Shown here in pieces: positions 55,595-64,000 of a DNA stretch of 64,000 bases (position 1 is the first letter of the stretch; each line of letters starts with the position of its first letter). Under the pieces are notes generated by a model. The model did no database searches and was not told the DNA's origin. It worked only from the letters and a program-made list of their open reading frames with translations. The translations under genes were made by a program, and so were the position numbers. The stretch spans positions 30,628,001-30,692,000 of the forward strand of contig OX597815.1 of assembly GCA_951406725.2 (NCBI GenBank), written 5' to 3'. This stretch comes from Octopus vulgaris (lineage: Eukaryota).

Positions 55595-55783
55595 GAATTT
55601 AGAAAAAAAAACAAAAGACGAAGACGGGTGTGTAAACAACATAGAGAGGTATTAGTTTAACGCTCGGGAATTGAGAAAGTCTTTACGTTTCGAGCCTATG
55701 CTCTTCGACAGAAAGGAACACGGAAATAAACATTGAGAGAAAATGGAAAAGGTTTAGTGGCTAGCGATCTATCAATGGCGAAT
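55595..55783 (-). mobile_element. Penelope pLTR-like repeat, second copy, nested in a decayed family C SINE (~55500-55868)
   Basis: Reverse complement of 34096-34293; tccttt CTGTCGA a gagc(atag)gctc GAAA cgTA aaga. Confidence 0.75.
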
Positions 55784-55899
55784 GCCCACTGTGACATGCA
55801 GAGGGACTGGACCCAGAAACATGTGACTGGGGAGGAAGCTTCGGACCACACAGTCACGCTTGCGCCTACGTATATATGTATATGGTGTATATATTGCTT

Positions 55900-56105
55900 T
55901 ACAAATTTAGCACAACGACAGATATTTCATGGGAGGACGTAAGTCAATTCTATCGATCTCAGTGTTGAACTGGTACTTATTTTATGCGCCCCGAAAAACC
56001 AAAAAAAAACAACAACACAAATGAATGACATATTCGTGTTCACCTGGATTTGAACCGTAAGCATTTCACCCTGTGTCCAACGATTCTGCAATCTCGCTGT
56101 CTTAC
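55900..56105 (-). mobile_element. Degenerate SINE family A2
   Basis: aactggtacttatttt...ccccgaaa and taagcattt..aacgattctgcaatctcgctg. Confidence 0.6.
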
Positions 56106-56277
56106 CTTGTTGTATATTTCAACGTTTGATTTATGTCGATTTATAGTTTAAAAAAAAAAGAAAAAAATGACATTAAATTCAAGGATTACATAGTTCGTAT
56201 TCTCGAGTACTTTTGGAGTACATATTCAGTTGATAATGACTTTGAAGTCACTATCACCATTTTTTTTAGTTAAATTG

Positions 56278-56379
<102 letters not shown>

Positions 56380-56436
56380 CATATATATACATATATATGT
56401 ATACACATATATATGTATATGTATACATATATATAC

Positions 56437-56484
<48 letters not shown>

Positions 56485-56764
56485 GGAGGCGCAATGGCCT
56501 AGTGGTTAGGGCAGCAGTTTCGATTCCCAGACCGAGCGTTGTGAGTGTTTATTCAGCGAAAACACCTAAAGCTCCACGAGGCTCCGGCAGAAGGTAGTGG
56601 CGATCCCTGCTGTACTCTTTCGCCACAATTTTCTCTAACTCTTTCTTCTGTTGGCCTGCTCGCTTAGCCAGCGGGGTGGCGTCATTTGAAGGCTAAAACA
56701 ATGTGAAGCGCATTGTGACCAGCGATGTGTAACAGCATCTGATGGTCTGGTCGGTCACGGTGAT
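56485..56764 (+). mobile_element. tRNA-derived SINE family E
   Basis: ggaggcgcaatggcctagtggttaggg (A box), gtttcgattccc (B box, shortened spacer); inserted in (TA)n. Confidence 0.85.
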
Positions 56765-56798
56765 ATATATATACATATATATATACATATATATATAC

Positions 56799-56847
<49 letters not shown>

Positions 56848-56876
56848 CATTTATATATATATATATATAAACACTT

Positions 56877-56945
<69 letters not shown>

Positions 56946-57091
56946 TATACACACATATATATACACACACACATATATATATATATGCAAGTAGGGAGAG
57001 AGAGTTTAAATCTTTTGATCACTACAAAGTGTTTTCTATGCGGAGTGTATCTGGATCTCATCTGTGAACTATGTGTGTGTGTGTGTGTGTT

Positions 57092-57155
<64 letters not shown>

Positions 57156-57912
57156 TGTGTCTGTATTCATAAAACTATATTTATAACACAACGTATGTTA
57201 ATATATGTGTACTTATATTTGTGTATTGATGTAGGCTTGTATGTATGCTTTAATCTCCTTGCATTTGTGCATTTAAGTATGTATATATATATATATGTAT
57301 ATACGTATTGAAACTAGTAATAGCTTCCTTTTATATCTGTGCAGAAAATAAGCACGGGAATGAAAATCAAAATTTAATAACAAACAACAAAAAGCGAAAT
57401 GAATTTATCTTAATATTCTTAGTATCTTTTTCTCATCTGTCGAGCAACACCGCATTGAAATGCATTGGTGCCTACATAGGCATGATGGGAAGTATTTAAC
57501 CGTCAAATGTAACACACGTGCTTGTTGCGTCTCTCATTGAATTTCGAAACGGTATGAGATATGTTTAAATGAAGACGAGGCTGGGCAGGGGTGCGTCGAT
57601 TGTCGGCTTTGATTTAAATCTGTTCACAGCATTCAGCATTCTGTTAATAAAGAAAGACAATTTAATACAGAATAAATTTAATTTAATATTGCCGCTACTA
57701 CAGCATTGTGAGTTTAAGTAGAAATGAAATTATTTTTCAACATATTCCGAATTAAATTTGTTCAAAACGCAAAACACGCAGGCCATTTTGTTTCCCCTCT
57801 ATATACTAGACAAACCACAAGCTATAGGGCTACCAAGATGGAAAAGTGCGTCATACAAATATCGTTTCTGTTCACAGAGAATATATACATACATATATAT
57901 ACATATATATAC

Positions 57913-57999
<87 letters not shown>

Positions 58000-58099
58000 C
58001 ATACATATATGTGTGCATATATGTATGTCTATGTATATATATATATGTGTATATATATATATATTTATATATACACATATATATATACATATACATACA

Positions 58100-58177
<78 letters not shown>

Positions 58178-58373
58178 GGCACACACTCATACATACACAC
58201 ACACGTGCACATTCACACAAACACACATATGCACGTACACGCACAAACCCTGAAAATGTTATCGCTTCTCATCGTACTTTCTTCTTCCCGTGTTGTCCTT
58301 ACAATCTTGTTTTTATCTGCTTTCTACTTTACATCAATCCCCGTCTCTCTCTCTCTCCCTCCTTCCCTCTCTG

Positions 58374-58446
<73 letters not shown>

Positions 58447-58752
58447 TTATGTGTTTACTGTATTTTGAATGTGGATATAGAAACGCATGTATGCAATTCA
58501 TACATACATCTACGTTGCTTTAGCATACACGCTCATACACATTCACATAAGCACAAAATTATATACTCATGTGCATAACAGTTTAAATTATAACGTTTTT
58601 AGTAATATATTAAAAATTCCATGTATAAAAAATAATAGTGAATAGTAAACTCCCTCAACGGGAAAACCAATACTGTGATGTACAAATTTTATAGCTTTCC
58701 AAGAATATCACCGCTGTAATAAACATGAAATAGTAGTAGTAGTAATAGTAAT

Positions 58753-58792
<40 letters not shown>

Positions 58793-58796
58793 GTAT

Positions 58797-58847
<51 letters not shown>

Positions 58848-58903
58848 AAGCAGGTGTAGTAGTAGTAGCAGCAGCAGTAGAAACGATTTGTGTTCGTCAA
58901 TAA

Positions 58904-59279
58904 GGCGGCGAGCTGGCAGAAACGTAAGCACGCGGGCGAAATGCTTAGCGGTATTTCGTCTACCGCTACGTTCTGAGTTCAAATTCCGCCGAGGTCGACT
59001 TTGCCTTTCATCCTTACGGGGTCGATAAAATAAGTACCAGTTACGCACTGGGGTCGATGTAATCGACTTAATCCGTTTGTCTGTCCTTGTTTGTCCTCTC
59101 TGTGTTTAGCCCCTTGTGGGTAGTAAAGAAATAGGTATTTCGTCTGCCGCTACGTTCTGAGTTCAAATTCTGCCGAGGTCGACTTTGCCTTTCATCCTTT
59201 CGGCGTCGATTAAATAAGTACCAGTTTCACACTGGGGTCGATGTTATCGACTAAATCCGTTTGTCTGTCCCCTCTGTGT
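58904..59279 (+). mobile_element. SINE family A1 with head-less tandem second unit
   Basis: Full unit to ~59135, then restarts at internal ggtatttcgtct. Confidence 0.93.
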
Positions 59280-59353
59280 AATACGATAAATGTATTACAC
59301 AGGGAATTTACAAATATGTATGTGATGGAACAGGAAAGATCTCCTCCACCTCT

Positions 59354-59624
59354 GTTTCAGTCGTTAGACTGCAGCCATTCTGGGGCATCGCTCTGAAGAC
59401 TATTTATTCGAACAAATGTACCTTCATACCTTTCTTTTTTTGTTTTCTTAAGCCAATTACATATTCTCTCCCTCATTTTTGCCGAACAGTTTTTTTGACC
59501 GGGATGTAATACGCCAACACCGGCTGACAAGTGGTGGTGGCGAATAAACACAGACACAGACACAAAAACAGACAGACAGATACACACATACACGAACACT
59601 CATCTCTCTCTCCCTCTCTTTATA

Positions 59625-59680
<56 letters not shown>

Positions 59681-59796
59681 CAACAAACTTGTTTCAGTCA
59701 GGAGGCTTTCGTCGGACTGAGGCTACAGTAAAAATGGGACTCAACCCGGAATTATGTGGTTGAAAAGCAAACTTCTTACCACACAGCCACGCCTAC
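59354..59796 (-). mobile_element. Degenerate SINE family C
   Basis: tgtttcagtc tail to cttaccacacagccacgcctacacc head, reverse complement. Confidence 0.8.
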
Positions 59797-59801
59797 ACCT
59801 A

Positions 59802-59830
<29 letters not shown>

Positions 59831-59834
<4 letters not shown>

Positions 59835-60838
59835 GCATCTGCCATGGCGAAGGCGGAGGTATTGCTTTCAGTCTTGTTTGTTTGTTTATTTGTCCGTTCA
59901 CAAGATATCTCAAGAACCACTGGATGGATTCGGATGAAACTTTCAGGAGTGTTTAGCCTCGAGACTGGCACGAACTGATTGGATTTGGGGATCGATCCGG
60001 TTCCGGAAAAAGATTCTGGTATATTTGTTATATTTACTTTACATGAAGTATTACGATGTTACGTAGACTTTTACGTCTTTCTCTGATTATCTGCCTTGAA
60101 AGCACGCTCATAGTTACCACGTAAGTTATGGCGCCGTTGCTGTTTACTAAGTTCTATTTTCGTTTCCCTGTTGTTAATTTTATTCGCGTCTCTATATAAA
60201 CAAACGGCAGCAAAACTGTTCAGAAATTTAAAAAGAATAACATAATAAATTCAATTTATCCTCGACAATTTTTAGTTTTTCCTATTTTGAATATATCGGT
60301 CCTGTTTAAAACGTCTTAGCTACTTGACAATTGCTTTTCTAGCTCTGGCTTGCAGGAAGCTTTACTTCTAGGACTCACGCTTTTGTGCGCAACCATGTTG
60401 TTAAAGCTCCGTTAACAGCACCATATGTAGCTCCTGCCCATTTTCTTTCACGCACGCATAAATCTTTCACTATAGATCTTAATGATCGTAATCACCATAT
60501 AAGTCGATAGACTAAAAAAGGCCTTCATAGAGAAAACTATCCCTGTTCCCACTGCAGACGACACATACACAGCATTATAAGCACGGCCCGCACACCCACC
60601 TTCATATTCCATGACTACCATTGGGATCGATCAGGTACCGGACAAAGAATCTGGATAATTTTCCCAGTTTTTTTACTTAATTTTTGTGAGAAGTCGGATT
60701 CATTTTTAGTACTTTCATTTGTGAGAGCAGTCGAGTTTATTTCAGATATTCTCGTTTTTAAAAATCACCCCCGGCTAATCGTTGAGATGACGTTGGTGTT
60801 GCCTTGGCGGAGGTTTTCGCTCTCTGAGTGCTCTTGTT
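59831..60838 (+). mobile_element. HINE/DINE-1-like non-autonomous Helentron
   Basis: 5' degenerate subTIR gcatctgccatggc plus nearby IR ggcggaggt, (TTTG)n; 3' subTIR gccttggcggaggt (60801-14) plus hairpin cgctc-tct-gagtg; T-rich flanks. Confidence 0.82.
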
Positions 60839-60841
60839 ACT

Positions 60842-60928
<87 letters not shown>

Positions 60929-60949
60929 GTCGTCGTCGTCGTCGTCGTC

Positions 60950-61024
<75 letters not shown>

Positions 61025-61025
<1 letters not shown>

Positions 61026-61504
61026 TATTTATTTAATTTTTAATTTGCATGTTTGTTACAATCACTTGCCGAGATATACCCAGCATCCTAGGGTGTTTGA
61101 AGGATAAAAGATGTTACAGTATGGCTGAAAGTTGTAGTGGTGGTGATGGTGGTGGTGGTGGTTGTGGTGGTGGGGAGTGACACGGGTAGTAGCGAAATAT
61201 CATGTAATACAACACAGACATTTAAATTGATCGGGCTTTTCTAAGGATATGGGCAGTACTTGTCAGCGCAATCTTTTGGATTTCTCCGAGACATGGTTCT
61301 CTTGGGATATTATCTCAATCTTTGGAATATCCCTTTTTTTTAAATCATACCTAGGGCACCAACAATAACAGAAATAGTTTTCGCTTTACGATGCCACAAC
61401 TTTTATATTTTAATTTCCAGGTCATTATATTTATTTAATTAGTCAAATTCCTTTACAGATATATTTTTACCAGTGGGAAAACTTACATCTATTAATCTAC
61501 AAAT

Positions 61505-61505
<1 letters not shown>
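61025..61505 (-). mobile_element. 5'-truncated Dong/R4-like fragment
   Basis: Minus CRLIDVSFPTGKNISVKEFD*LNKYNDLEI...VIVGALGMI...EIQKIALTSTAHILRK; 3' end abuts (TAA)n. Confidence 0.88.
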
Positions 61506-61539
<34 letters not shown>

Positions 61540-61618
61540 TATCATCATCATCGTCGTCGTCGTCGTCTTCGTCGTCGTCATCATCATCATCATCACTATT
61601 GCTCTTCTTCTTCTTCTT

Positions 61619-61649
<31 letters not shown>

Positions 61650-61652
61650 TTC

Positions 61653-61701
<49 letters not shown>

Positions 61702-61710
61702 CATAATAAT

Positions 61711-62168
61711 AGAGGGCAACCATACTATGGGATATACCAATACACACAAATAGAGAAATTAAGGCCAATCGACCAGGTTGGCCTTAGTTTCAGAGATCTT
61801 CAAGACAAAAAAAAATATGCTTTCTTATTGATGTGTCAATACCAACAAATGATAACGTTTCTCTAAGAGAAATGGAGAAACTTTCAAAATACAAAGACCT
61901 GGAAACTGAGGTAACTCGAATGTGGAGTTTAAAAACAGACACAATCCCCATCATAATGGGTATGATGAAACATTTTCCCGATTAATCCATAACAAAAACA
62001 CCAGGACTAATAAATTCATATGACATACAGAAAATAGCACTACTAGGCACCGCACGCATTCTATGTAAAACACTTTCAATACAGTAAATATAAGAGCATC
62101 ACAACAAATCACAGCACATACCCAAGGCACACATCATTCAGTAGTCTTATAAAAATAAGACTACTGAA
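61711..62168 (+). mobile_element. 5'-truncated Dong/R4-like fragment
   Basis: ATILWDIPIHTNREIKANRP, CFLIDVSIP, EKLSKYKDLE, IQKIALLGTARIL; followed by (GAT)n(AAT)n. Confidence 0.9.
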
Positions 62169-62185
62169 TGATGATGATGATGATG

Positions 62186-62254
<69 letters not shown>

Positions 62255-62536
62255 TAAAATAATTAGGGTATTCCACATCTCGAAAATATCCGAAACCGAA
62301 ATTGCACTTTAAAATCTTTGAAAATCCTCAGAGCATGATGTTTGGCACGCCTGAATGAGGACAGCACCATCATTAACAATATATATATTTATTTTTATTT
62401 TTACTTTTTTTTAAATTTGTATTTAAAAAAAATTTTTTTTTAACAATAACAGCGAAAATAAAAACAACAACAACAACGACGACGACAAATGAAAACAACG
62501 GCAACAACAACTAATGCTGCTGCTAGTATCAACCCG

Positions 62537-62593
<57 letters not shown>

Positions 62594-62948
62594 GCTGCTG
62601 GTGCTACTGCTACCACTACTACTAGTACAAATAGTATTATCTGGAAGTGAAGAGTGAGAAAGATGAAGGAATTGCACAAATCTACCGCAACAGTTCATTA
62701 CGTGAGAGTTTGAATGCATACCAGCAAATGGACACGCATGACTGTATTCTGAGAAGGCTTCAAAGAGTTTTGGTTCGAGATTAGAAAATTTACATAAGGG
62801 AAAAATTCGAAAAATAAGATGAACAACGTACATGTATTGGTGTATATATTTACGTATATATACATATCTTATCTCTCCTACCCCTTCTCACTTTCTTTCT
62901 CCCCTCTCCCTATCTTTCTTTCTTTCTCACTCTATATATATACATATA

Positions 62949-63111
62949 GGCGCAGGCGTGGCTGTGTGGTAAGTAGCTTGCTTACCAACCACATGGTTCC
63001 GGATTCAGTCCCACTGCGTGGCACCTTGGGCAAGTGTCTTCTACTATAGCCTCGGGCTAACCAAAGCCTTGTGAGTGGATTTGGAAGACGGAAACTGGAA
63101 GAAGTCCGTCG

Positions 63112-63187
<76 letters not shown>

Positions 63188-63395
63188 TGTGTCTGTGATT
63201 GTCCCCCCAACATCGTTTGACAAACGATGCTGGTGTGTTTACGTCCCCGTAGCTTAGCGGTTCGGCATGAGAGACCGCGAGAATAAGTACTAGGCTTACA
63301 AAGAATAAGTCCTGGGGTCGATTTGCTCGACTAAAGGCGGTGCTCCAGCATGGCCGCAGTCAAATGACTGAAACAAATTAAAAGAATTTAAAGAA
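62949..63395 (+). mobile_element. SINE family C
   Basis: Full-length family C match. Confidence 0.95.
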
Positions 63396-63422
63396 TATAT
63401 GTTTATGTTTGTATATATAATA

Positions 63423-63822
63423 AGCGCAAGAAGTGGGTGTGGTAAGTAGCTTGCTTACCAACCACATGGTTCTGGGTTCAGTTCCACTGCGTGGAACCTT
63501 GGGCAAGGGTCTTCTACTATAACCTCGGGCCGACCAAAGCCTTGTGAGTGGATTTCGTAGATGGAAACTGAAAGAAGCCCGTCGTACATATGTATATGTA
63601 TCCGTGTGTGTGTTTGTGTGTCTGTGGTGGTCCCTCCAACATCGCGTGACAACCGATGCTGGTGTGTTTACGTCCCCGTAACTTAGCGGTTCGGCAAAAG
63701 ATACCGATAGAATAAGTACTAGGCTTACAAAGAATAAGTCCTGGGGTCAGTTTGCTCGACTAAAGGCGGTGCTCCAGCATGGCGGCAGTCACATGACTTA
63801 AACAAGTAAAAGAGTAAAAGAG
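63423..63822 (+). mobile_element. SINE family C, tandem neighbour
   Basis: Full-length match with a shorter internal microsatellite. Confidence 0.95.
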
Positions 63823-64000
63823 CATACATATACACACACACATATATATAAATATATATATGTGTGTATATATGTATGTATATATGTTTGTATGAATATA
63901 TATATGTATATATACACACATACAAACATATATATATATATATTTATATATATAAGGAAAATAAGACAAGGTAGAAAATACTAAACTAATCTTATCATGA

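Noticed and set aside
56485-56535. tRNA genes at SINE heads
   Set aside because: A and B boxes only, no complete cloverleaf, and they continue into SINE bodies.

Overview
This is an AT-rich, repeat-dominated eukaryotic window with no convincing host gene. The SINE, MITE and microsatellite content looks like a coleoid cephalopod, probably Octopus (recalled resemblance, not a database result). Nearly all ORF-track entries are translated (TA)/(CA)/(CTAT)/triplet microsatellites. Supported content: (1) a near-intact ~4.2 kb Dong/R4-clade non-LTR retrotransposon (RT, CCHC, REL endonuclease) in an (AAT)n array, plus four 5'-truncated relatives; (2) six Tc1/mariner-superfamily elements, one a long-inverted-repeat derivative; (3) non-autonomous Helitrons and one HINE/Helentron-type element; (4) several tRNA-derived SINE families, some nested or with TSDs; (5) an RTE remnant interrupted by a patch copied from two nearby loci. 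The most interesting signal is a set of hammerhead-ribozyme (HHR) motifs in four unrelated Penelope-like or retrozyme-like repeats. These include a 732-bp fold-back element with an HHR on each strand (54577-55308) and a 337-bp direct-repeat-bounded unit with an intact HHR core (13007-13390). All structures were read by eye, and boundaries of degenerate elements are approximate.
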